Assembly: GCA_048013815.1 (NCBI GenBank)
Contig: CM106586.1
Location: 3,844,001-3,908,000 of the forward strand
Direction of reading: 5' to 3'
Length of the DNA: 64,000 nt
Origin: Setoptus koraiensis
Taxonomy: Eukaryota; Animalia; Arthropoda
Part shown: one piece after another, positions 48,152 through 59,284 of the stretch
Numbering within the stretch: position 1 is the first letter of the stretch
Layout of the letters: every line of letters starts with the position of its first letter
Translations under genes and position numbers: made by a program
The notes under the pieces: generated by a model
What the model was told of the DNA's origin: nothing
Database searches by the model: none
Seen by the model: the letters and a program-made list of their open reading frames with translations, nothing else

Positions 48152-51100
48152 ATGAAACCATTGATTAATAATTTAGAAAAGTCGCCAATTGATGCTAGCA
48201 ACAACAGTTTAGATGGCAACGAACTAGCAGCTTGTGATTTGATTGATACTGCTTGCAAAAAACTGAGCCTATCATCGAAATATCGCCAACAACAATCGCC
48301 CGATCAATTCAATTTAATTTCGAACAGCACCAACAGATTGTTGCCAATTGATCACAACCAGCAACAACAAAATGGATGCCAGCAGCAGCACCAGGTAATA
48401 AGGAAAAGCAGCTTATTCTCGACTACCTCGACAAACTTGGCAAACTACGCTTTAGGGAGCAACACATTGTCAACAACAGGCAAACCTGGTCGTATCTATC
48501 AGCAGCATCAACTTGACACCAACAAGCCTCTGATTGACGAGAAGAGCAAATTAATTTATCACGATGAGGACGCCGGTGAGTGGTTTCATTGATTAGTCTC
48601 AGTTTGATTTGCATCGAAAGTGTAACTTTTCAATTAATTTTTACTAATGCATTAAACGTTGATGCTGCACCATTACACAGGCTATTTTCCCATTAGATAC
48701 ATCATTATCTTGATGTCTACATTGGCCACCTTTGTTAGCTACACAATAAGAGTCAATATGTCCGTAAGTTACCCATCCAAGCGAACCATGTCGCACAATG
48801 CTGCTAGTGAGTATATTGAGATTAGATAATCATATCGGAAAACTATAAATCTATTTATCCCTCTATGTCTAGGTGACACTCGTTGCAATGGTTGGCACTG
48901 GACGAATTGACGCTGAATCTGAATTGCAATTGAGCCACTCAGAAATCTCAGAATCGATGATAATATCTTCTCAAAGTAGCAAAAATTTGACTCATGAGAG
49001 TGCAAACTCTAAATTGATATCATTAACTAGTGAAAAAACAGACGTGAGTATTCATTTTGAAGTTACGAAAGCTCAGTCTCTCGGTTGTCACTCTAATAAC
49101 ATCAATTGTCTGTCCCTCTAATCGATTTTTGTGATTGATTTTATGCAAATCCATGGCTTAGTCAATTTCGAACAATCTCGATTGGTCCGAATCAATTCAA
49201 GGCGTAGCCTTAGGCGCCTTCTATTGGGGCTTTATACTTACCCATGTTTTAGGTGGGCAACTAGCCAATATATTTAGCGCACGTATAATTTGTGCCTGCT
49301 CCATATTAACGGCTTCTCTACTGACATTAATATTACCTATGGCGGCCAATTTTAGTGTCTACTCAGTGATACTATTGCGAATGATCACTGGTCTCTGTTT
49401 AGTGAGTATAGTTTGACAATTGTACTTACTCATGGTTTAAAACAATACTATTGTTATGTAACTGTAATGTTATATCTCTTTCTTTGATGCCTTCAAAAAC
49501 AAACAAAAAAAAAACAATCCAACAAAAGGGTATCGTCGCGCCCGCTCTATACACTCTAAGTTCCCGGTGGGTACCCCAAAACGAGCGTAGTACAGCCATC
49601 GCTATCAGAATGATTGGTGGCAATATGGGCGCGGTAAGTGAATCAATTTTGTTTCTTTGCTCGATGGATTTCATGAATGCTCCGATTATCATACTTACAC
49701 TCATACTTCTCCCCCTATTTGATATATTATTTGACCTCATGCAAAGTAGGTTGGCGCCATGTCAATATCAGGCTACTTATCCGATCTAATAAGTTGGGAG
49801 TCGGTAAGTTCTGCTGCTTTTAGCTCTAGATACCGGTTTTAAGGTTTTATTTTAGCTTGTTTCTACTTGAGGCGACTGATGGATTCAATGATAATGAACA
49901 TATTATCAAGTTTTGATCATTGTTGCTCAAAAGAATACTTGTAATCGCTATCTTGTTGGTCTTGTTGTTGCCTCAATTTTCCACCAGAAGATCAAATAGT
50001 TGCTCGATAATTGTTTACCTGTTCAACTGTCAACGAATAGGCCAAAACGAGGCCAAATTTAAGAATTGGGACAAGAGAGCGAGAGAGCGGAAGAGAGAGA
50101 GAGAGAAAGGGACTCTATCATCGATGTCTTATGGGTGGAATCGCCTCAAGATTGTTATCCTCTGTTTCCTTGCAGATCGCTCCTTCCTTTTGAGAAGTGT
50201 AGCTTGGTCAAGTAGAGACATTGATGGAGAACAATACAACCGGTGCAAAACAGCCAACTTAATCTAAAATACAGAATTATCTCAATAGTTCACATCACTA
50301 AACTATAGTATTTTCTTATTTTAAGCTGCTAATCCATGCCAATGAAAAAAATTTTTACAATAACAATAATAATTATTATCCATGCAAGTAAAACAAATAT
50401 ATATATACATATCTATATGAAGTATGTGTTTGTTGTAGATAAAGTCATAATAAGTAGGTGGGGAAACCAGACGATTGAGAGGAACAATTGCATCATCATT
50501 AGTAATTAGTTAGAGAGATTCTTTTTGACATGTAAATATGTAAAAAGGATTGATGCAGTTGGAATCAACACATCGGACTTGGCCAACCAGACGAAACATG
50601 ATTGAAACAATGCCAGCCAAAATACAAATGAATACACTGTAAATGTAACTGGTATTATATATTGGATCACAACAATTCAACACACCACAATATAATAAGC
50701 TTTGCATAATCAGCAAGAGAACTGTACTTTTACGATAAATATGATTAATCAATGATGTATGATTAAAGAGCCCATTCAATATCAATCGATATCAATGTGA
50801 TCATTTCAATCAACTGCTAATCAATATTATAATATGTAAATGTATCAGCATCAGTTAACCTGATTGTTACTGTTTAGCTAATGACATCATCAACAACAAC
50901 TACCAAAGACAAAGGCAACAAAAGCAGGCAACAACAACAACGACAAACAGACAAGACAAGATCTAATGACGCAATTATGTAGTGGACAATTAATTAATTA
51001 ATTTTTCTTTTAATCGGCCATGCTCACTAACAAGCTTGCTGTTAGTGAGCACGACGATGTGACGAAAAAAAGTTTTCTTTCCATCGTCATATGATGCGTC

Positions 51101-52586
51101 AACTGGCGATAGTGATATAGTGATTGATGCAAACCACTAACCAGAATTTTATTTTTTAATCTTAATCTCAAATTATCCTTCTCAACGTCATGATTATTAT
51201 CTCTGATAATCATGCTGACTGCCAACCATTATCTGAATAACGTCCCATTCACTGTCCATGATAATTGTTTAAACTGACGCTCATTCAACCAAACGCACAC
51301 ACAGGTATTTTATGTGATTGGAATTTTCGGTTGCATAATATTTCTTCTATGGATTTATTTGGTGTCTGACTCGCCTCAACAACACAATTGGATTGGAGCA
51401 AAAGAATTGAAATTCATTCAAGCCAACACAGATTGCATAAGCTCAAGCCAGGCCAAGAGCATTAAAATGGACTGGTTTGCCATGCTGACTTCGTCACAAT
51501 TATGGGCAGTGGCTATAGCAAAATTTTGCGGATCTTGGGGCAATTTGATGCTAATGCAAAAATTGCCCACTTATCTCGAAACAGTTCTAGAAATGCCCAT
51601 AGGTAGAAATGGGCTCGTCAATGCATTAGTGTACATATCAATGAGTATATCGCTGTTTGTTTTTGGATGTTTGTCTGATTATGTTTGCACTAAACAGCCG
51701 AGATCTCAGCGCACAACCACAAGGGTTTTGTTTGAGTTGATAGCTCTTTTGGGGCCGGCCATTTGTTTGGCGTTTGTGCCATTTTGTGGCCAAAACCAAG
51801 ACGCTGTCATAACTCTGTTGATTGTTGCGATGGTCTTGTACGGCATGACAGCGGGCGGCGACAATCCCATTGTTGTCGAGATAGCGCCAGATTTTCCAGG
51901 TGAGTTGTTTAGAAAATGATGATGAGCGATTGATTTCGATGGCTTATTTCAATCGATCGAAAATTACTAATCAATCAATTCTTGTCACCACCATCATGCG
52001 CCAGGTACCCTGTACGGAGTGACGAACGCCATAGCTTCCATTCCCGGCTTCATGGCGCCCATAATTGTTGGCTTCATGCTGGATTCTGATGTAAGTGTAT
52101 ATGTTGTCGCATGTTTCAAACTTGCCAACCAGTTGTCTTATCCATTCATCTAATCACCGATTATCTTTTTTAATTTTGTGTCAATGTTAATAGGCGAACA
52201 GTAATCAACATCAGTGGAGCATGATATTTTTTATTACGTCAGGCATATATGCGTTGGGCGCGATAGCATTTATGCTAATGGCCAATGCCGATGTTCAACC
52301 TTGGGGCGTAGCGGATTTTCGCAAGAAAGAGTTGCTACAACGAAAGCCGCTGGAAAATCAATGCTGCTATTATGACGACTGTGAAAGTGGTACAGATAAG
52401 CAAAGTTTGTTAGATGAAGAGGCAAACAATTTAGCTTTAAATAGAAATCACTCGCAACAGCAAATTATGAATGCCAACAATAGAAGAATTAGTAGATTCG
52501 AAAATAGCATTAATTTGTTGGAGCAACATCATTTTAATTTTGGTTCATTTAATCAAGACAGTAGCATGCGAGTGAGAAATATCTAA
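48152..52586 (+). CDS. SLC17 family MFS anion transporter (sialin/phosphate cotransporter-like), 9 exons, 716 aa
   Basis: Exons 48152-48575, 48681-48763, 48873-49043, 49162-49401, 49529-49633, 49750-49803, 51305-51899, 52005-52090 and 52194-52586 total 2151 nt, all GT-AG and in phase. Motifs include RVNMSVTLVAM, DWSESIQGVALGAFYWG, RWVPQNERS, DSPQQH, EIAPDFPGTLYGVTN and ADVQPW. Confidence 0.88.
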
Positions 52587-54082
52587 GCAACTATGACATA
52601 ACAGTGCATCTTATAAGACGATATATGTCTTATTACTCGAGATACTTGAGATCAATTAGCGTCACACAAAAAAGTAGCGACGAAATAAGCAACAGAAACA
52701 CCTAATAGACATAGTGGAGAGATAGCTAGAGTAACGCGAAAGTTATCAGCTTTTTTTAACACAATTGGCACACAATTCTTTAACATGACGTATAACATGC
52801 TTACATTTATATATATATCTCTTTTCTTCTAATTTAACTCTCAATTCTTCTACATCATACTGATCTAATCAAATCTCTTCTAAAATATTGAAAACTAAAT
52901 TATTATCATTATTGTTATTTTGCAGAAAGATCAAATAAAGAATCCGTTCCAATGCGGCCCCATAATCAGCATTCTTTCGCATTTGTGCGTTCGCAATAAG
53001 TGCGTGCATTCATCACCACGAGAGACAATTGGATAAGCTTGTGATTAATGGAATTCTTTTCGCGAACATTGCCAACAAACTCGTCTTCTTATTCGTTTGT
53101 TCAGTTTCGATTCACGAACGGTCGAACATGCAGTCGTCATCGACAACATGACACGAAAGGTGTCGCTCATCGGCGAGTTAAAGAGAGGTGAAACATCGGA
53201 TACTGTCCACTGATCTGCTGATATAAGTAATGTGATTATTTTTTGACTATTGAAGTAGCTCCAACGAGCTCCGTCGGAGCTACTAATTGAGTGCAGCGAT
53301 CATGGGTGAAGTGGCTGAGGTTTTTGTGAACCCCATCACGTAATGGCAGCAAGAGACTCGGCCGATTAGGCGAGATACCGGCGCTAACAAATGGTTGTCA
53401 TTTAGTGATTTATTATGTTTGTGAGAGTGATCATGTGCCATCATTTGGTATCACATGATAGAATCACCAATCAAGAACAAATAAGCAACAGTGGTAGTGG
53501 CAACGGTCTTGTCAGATGGGTGCTGTTGATCTGTGGCAAACAAATAATATACTAATAATAATATGCACAATAACAAGAAATAACAACAAGAAATATCGTG
53601 ATTCAAGAGATGGTAAGAGCACAGTTGCAGTTGCAACAGTTAATTTGTCTAATTGGATCAATACAATTAGACAAATTAGTGCCTGGATTCCTCAATCCAC
53701 AAACATTATGCGACATTTGATTGCACATGTAAACACTTGTAATTGAACGCATCGACATACGAATGATTGACTGATCTAGTCTGATTGATCAGACAGTTGC
53801 CAAGACAGCAACAGTTAGTCTATCGAGTGACAGCAGATGACAAGTTGCTGCCAAAATAAATACAAGGACGCCAAGTTATCTGATGTCTTATTCTAATATC
53901 ATCATGAGGATACCATAGATAATAATATTGTCGTACTACTGCACTCTCGGATAATCGCATCTAGCTCGACAAAACGTATATTAAGATTTTGAGATCCAAG
54001 CGTCACAAAAACATGTCTTGTTGTCAGTTGAGAAGGCAACCGAATCTCTATAACCTCTAGCCAGAGAAAGGTAAATATTCTA

Positions 54083-54552
54083 ACAAGGAAACCTTCCTTT
54101 GCCCGACACGCCGATCAACCTGCCATGTAGCTGGTTGAACTCGGCTGTTTCTGGGGAGCAAGAAAACACTATTCATTCTCCCGGAAAATCCCGGTACAAC
54201 TATGCGAGAATCGATGTTGTTTTTTTTCTGTCCAGATCGATCTATAGAGACGATAACAAGTCCAAGAAAGTACCTCACATGCTTGTAATCGTGATTCGAA
54301 TCTCTCATATAATTAGAGTGTGATCGTTCGATTTTCGGGCGCTTTTTGAAGCGTTCGCGCACTTCTTTGGAGCATAACCGAAGGGTTCAATTTATTGACA
54401 ACATAAATTAACAATGAGTATTAGATTTCGCAGAGTTGTACCGGGATTTTCCAGGAAAATAAATAATGTTTTCTTGCTCTCCATAAACAGCCGGGTTCAA
54501 CCAGCTACATGGCATGTAGATCGGCGTGTCATGGTTAGGAAGGTTTCCTTGT
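54083..54552. repeat. ~130-bp inverted repeat pair (54083-54212 / 54422-54552)
   Basis: The arms align with few mismatches and translate QGNLP..DTPI..PCSWLN.AV.GEQEN.I..PGKSRYN on opposite strands, with a spacer of about 210 nt. Confidence 0.85.
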
Positions 54553-54555
54553 AAG

Positions 54556-55107
54556 CCACCACACTGTTCTTTTGCCATTGCATACTCGTTGACGACATCA
54601 GTAATTTGTGGATCATTAGCCATTTTTTCATGAGATATAGCATCTCCTGCCTTAAGAATATTCTCGAGACCCTTGAGGGCTACATTTACCATCTTGTTGT
54701 CCTTTATTCCAAGTAGGGCGTATAAAGCTTGTATCGATCCAACATCAACAAGGTATTTAATTTGTTCTGCTGAGCCACCCTTCATTGCATTAATTATGGC
54801 CCTTGCGGCCTCTTTGCGTGTCCTAATCTCAGCTCTATTGATAATGTCAATTAACGCACGTAGGAAGAAGACCAGCATCTATGACAGATTGTATCTGAGT
54901 TCTGTTGCCTGCCGTTATATTTGACACAATCCAGCAAGCTTTTTTCCTGCGCAAGTCTATTTTTGAATTTAAAAGCATACCTAGATGTGGTATGGCGTTA
55001 CAATTAACGATGACTTGAATTTGATGATCTTCTCCAGCTACAATTTTACCGACAGCTCCAAGTGCGGCTAATACGACAGGCTGTGATTGATGCATTAGTA
55101 GGCCCAC
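54556..55107 (-). pseudogene. Importin-alpha (KPNA1/5/6-like) fragment, ARM repeats, frameshifted
   Basis: LLMHQ..VVLAALGAVGKIVAGEDHQIQVIVNCNAIPHL..KKACWIVSNITAGNRTQIQSVIDAG, then a frameshift near 54860, then AEIRTRKEAARAIINAMKGGSAEQIKYLV..VALKGLENIL. The N-terminal IBB and early ARM repeats are missing. Confidence 0.85.
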
Positions 55108-55364
55108 TAACAAGGTAAACCTCATTGGGGGGACACCCGAATACGCCCAACTATGGCTTTTTTGGATTCCCCAGATCAAACTGAGCAAGAATACACCTAA
55201 AGGAAACGCACGTTTTTAGTACTTTTTGCAATTGAGTATTGAATTTTATTTTATCCTCTAGAATGACTTATTCATCCACTCATCTATAAGGAACCATTTG
55301 ATATATTATTCGTATTTTCAGTCACCATATTACTCGAGGAAATATTATTCATCCATCGGACGAA

Positions 55365-55529
55365 ATGGCTGATGAAGTTATGGCAATTCAGTCGACGACT
55401 GTAGCAGCAGAGAGGATTTTCTCCATCGCTGGTCTAGTGAACACTCCGAGGAGAAATCGTTTGTGCCCAGAGAGCTTCAGTTCCAACATCCTGCTCAAAT
55501 TGTGGATGAAATATCTCTCGAAACAATAA
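55365..55529 (+). mobile_element. hAT transposase C-terminal dimerisation domain remnant
   Basis: MADEVMAIQSTTVAAERIFSIAGLVNTPRRNRLCPESF matches the hAT signature (AIPATSVASERxFS.AG....RRNRL.P). It is below the ORF-track cutoff. Confidence 0.85.
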
Positions 55530-55544
55530 ACTGCAGCAACAATG

Positions 55545-55782
55545 ACATCCAACATCCAACATCCAACATCCAACATCCAACATCCAACATCCAACATCCA
55601 ACATCCAACATCCAACATCCAACATCCAACATCCAACATCCAACATCCAACATCCAACATCCAACATCCAACATCCAACATCCAACATCCAACATCCAAC
55701 ATCCAACATCCAACATCCAACATCCAACATCCAACATCCAACATCCAACATCCAACATCCAACATCCAACATCCAACATCCA
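55545..55782. repeat. Perfect heptamer array (ACATCCA)x34
   Basis: 238 nt with no interruptions seen. Confidence 0.97.
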
Positions 55783-55844
55783 GCAGCAAACAAACAACAG
55801 CAAACAGACAGCTAACTAAATAAGAAAAAAGCCAACAAAATTTT

Positions 55845-56080
55845 GGTTATAGTGCAGAATAGCGCCACACTCCGATTTCGATAAAACTTCATACATGGGA
55901 CCCGTAGGGCCCCCTGACAACAGTTTGACTAGTCCGGAAGTGCGGAAACTTCCGGTTCCGGTTTTACATGAAATTCAAGATACAGGCTTAAAACTCGATA
56001 TGCAGCTAGGTCAAAGTATGGAGAGCACACTGGCATCATTTACAGAATTATTCAACTTCCGGTTCTCAAGATATTCGAAC
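55845..56080 (+). mobile_element. Merlin-family terminal repeat (solo left end)
   Basis: Starts GGTTAT and aligns with the TIRs at 59512/60713 and 61080: CCGATT.C.A..AAACTTCA, a hairpin, then TCCGGAAGTGCGGAAA. Positions 55941-56080 also align with the reverse complement of 61490-61630. Confidence 0.65.
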
Positions 56081-58100
56081 AAATCTCCGTGTAGGACATG
56101 AACCCGCCGTAGTAAATGAATTGCAGTCACTTGAGCGGAGGGTAGAGGGCGTAGCCCTCTGTTTTTGGTTATCGTACTTATTATCCGACTGCTGGAGGTG
56201 GCTGGTTCTGACGATGAGAATAACACTCCGCGTCGGAACAATAAGCCACCCGGTTGGAACCGGTTCAGGGTGACGGCTACGAGAGCGCGTCGAACGTGCC
56301 GTCTCCTTAACTGCTCGATCGACTGCGTCATATTTACGAGCATATCATGCAGATAATCGATCAAATCCACCAACCGATCCACCATCAACAACCAAAGACA
56401 AAAAGCCACCATCAAGGAAGGGTAAGCGCAGTACCAAATCCTCACGTTTTGGCTCTCAAATGAGCCCAAATTTTGAATTGATGATGGACGGTCTCATGGA
56501 GAGATTATTACGCGCGTGTAATAAATAAGCTAGACTGCGGTAGAATTTAATGTATATATGGGATATTTATTTATTTAATCGTAAGACAGAAATGCCTTTA
56601 TCTCCCTGTGTGCTCTCCTTTTATAGGGAGTGACGCAGCACTCGAGCACACAGGGGGAGGTGAGTGTAGTGCCTTACAACATCCCCGAACTTAGAGGAGT
56701 ATCAATCACTCCTGTGATTTGTCCGTGTTGGGAAATGATGCTTTTTTGGGTATCGGGGTTGGCGGGCGGATTTCAGTGTCACCTTTGGTCCGTGCGTCGT
56801 CCGTTTCCGGGGTCGCCCCCTCTCCATCTCCTTCTACTGGCGTTTTGTCAACTTTTGATTCGTCTTTAGCATCATCACTTTCTCCTGATGGGGAGTTGGG
56901 TGGTGGGTTGCTGTGTTCGTCACTGCTAAATTCATCGCAAAACCCGTAGGGGCACAGTAGGCGATGGATTTCACTGTGGCGGTCACGGTGACAAACTGCA
57001 CGTTGTCGTCGCAACTTGTCATGGATACGTTTTCGGGTTTCTTCATTAACGGTCTCTTGTTTCACAATATCCTAATTAAATTCGTCAGCCATTTTAATAT
57101 TCGTTGTTAACGTGGTTGGTTGAACGATGAAATTTTAGACGGGTCGTGGGCTGTTGATAGTTAATATAAAATATCGTGTAAATATGTATGATTATGGGCA
57201 TAGGTATAAATAGGAGGGTGCGACCTCCTATTGATAGTCAGTCACGACTAGCACTACTAACAAGGTAAACCTCTATAGTGTGACACTCAGATTGACTTGA
57301 CTATAGCTTTTCTGAACTCTCCAGATTGAGAGCTAAAAGAATACGTTGTTGGTTGGTTTATCTTACGTTGTAAGATAAATTACACGCGCACAAATCGACT
57401 CAGCTCTTGGGCTGACAAGGCAAGTCTGTCCAGCATCAGTGATATGATCGTGATACTGTTATGTCTTCTACTCCAAAATCCAAACATTTCAAGAAATAAT
57501 TCCTCACTGAAGCAAACTTCTTCGTATTTTCAAAGAATTCTCCATGGCAGACCAAAATATCCAACAAGGTAACCTAGTTAGGTGGTAGTGTCAGAATGGG
57601 ATGGCACTAGCCTATCTGTTTCCGGCTGGTCGAGCTGAGCACGAATACACATTCCCATGCCCGTTTTCGTCTCTCTCTTGCTCTGATTCTGGCAGTTAAT
57701 TGTTCAGAAATCGCTGTTTGCGTTGTTTTCGTCGCCTCTTCAAAAGTATGCTCCACAAGGCTTCGTGTTGTTCTTCTCGGTCTGAATTTGCTAAAGGCAC
57801 ATTTATGGACGTCCTTCTTCTCTGATTTTCTTTTGTTTTGCCAATAATAATAATAACCGCACCAGCAGCAATCTGAATATTGATGCCAGAGTAAATTCTT
57901 ATACATGCAATTTTCATACATTGCTTTGGCCTTTTCTTCCTTGTTAAGTGGCAGCATTTGCATACAGTTTTCCCAATCGACTTTTTCTCTTACTTTTCTT
58001 CATATACATCTCTTCTTTATACTCTTCCTTTTCTTTTCATTTCATTACAACTCAGTACTCAACATTGTACATCTCACATTACTGATTAATTACTGTTTAT

Positions 58101-58850
58101 TCAAATAACAGTGACGTTATTATCTTCATCTTCTTCCATTGCACGTTCTCGCATTCTTGCTTTTCGCTTCGGACACTCCAATCTCCAATGTCCGAATTCT
58201 TTACAGTACATACATTGGTTCTTCGCCACTCTTTCTCTCGAGGTCCCTGCTCTACTATACATGGCCATACTCTCATTACTCTCTTCGCTAAATCTCTTCA
58301 ACATTGACTCTTCAGCAATCAATTGTGGTTTCAAATTGACCAGAGTCTGCTCGCTTTCCCGCATCGCGTTCCATCGTGAGATAAAACTTGAATACGGACT
58401 GGGCAGACCAGTCACCACACGTGCTGCTACCATCGAATCTGCAATTTCTATGCCAACGTTTCTTAATTGCTCTGACATTGTTGTTGCTTTTCTTATGTGA
58501 GCTTCCATCGGTTCGTTGTATTCCATTTTCAATGTGAAGAATTCACTTTGTAATGTCATTTTGTTCGCTCTGGACTTGTTGGCATGTACGCTTTTGAGCT
58601 CTTCCCATATTTCTTTGGAAGTGTTGAGATGTATCACTTGCTCTGCATGATCATCATCCAGACTGGCCAGTATCCAAGCCCTGGCTTTCTTGTCTTTCTT
58701 TAACCAATCTTCTCTTTGCGCTGCTGCAGTTGGTGGCCCCTCAGTAAGTACTTGATCAATGTCTTTGGCCATTAACACTGCCTCTACTTACGCTCTCCAT
58801 ACATTGTACTTCTGACCATCGAATTTTCTTATCGTATATTTCTCTTCCAT
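58101..58850 (-). mobile_element. Ty1/copia retrotransposon gag pseudogene
   Basis: MEEKYTIRKFDGQKYNVWRA*VEAVLMAKD (in-frame TAA at 58788-58790), WLKKDKKARAWILASL, SKEIWEEL, VVTGLPSPYSSF and CCHC knuckle CMYCKEFGHWRLEC. No pol was recognised. Confidence 0.88.
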
Positions 58851-59013
58851 ACTGAATGCTTCGTTAATTACTCTGTTAGCTGGGTTACTTGTCAGATGTT
58901 GCGGTACTTGTGGTGGATTCAGTTCGTTCTTTACTTCAGGCAACATTTACATGCGCTACTTTATACTTTACACTACTTTATACTTTAGGCTAGTGGCTTT
59001 TGGCTGTTAACCT

Positions 59014-59213
59014 ATAAGAATTGAGTTGAATTCGACACATTTACTTTTACCATCTAAACTCTACAGTTGTCAATGTACAACTGTCGATAATTTTATTCAC
59101 AATCAACATAAGTACAAATGAGTAAAATCACTACAATCAAGTAAAATGTCATTGCAATGTCAATGATGACTCAAAGATAGCATAGCTCACATTACAGTGG
59201 GTGGATTACAACA
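59014..59213 (-). mobile_element. Candidate copia 5' LTR with PBS-like sequence
   Basis: On the minus strand it starts TGTTG and is followed by (TA)GGTTAACAGCC, loosely like the copia PBS GGTTATGGGCCC. No second LTR was found. Confidence 0.35.
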
Positions 59214-59284
59214 TAATATTATTTTGCTTTCCAACACAGACCTTTTAAATTTTTGTGTGATTCAAATGGATTTTATTGCGTAAA

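Noticed and set aside
55388-55823. ORFs with MLDVGCW / QHPTSNI repeats
   Set aside because: Translations of the (ACATCCA)n array, which has no stops in several frames.
57261-57347. Copia RT motif (QIDxxxAFLNS resembling QMDVKTAFLNG)
   Set aside because: Similarity is short, the other three copies and the flanks do not support RT, and it lies on the opposite strand to gag. Left unassigned.
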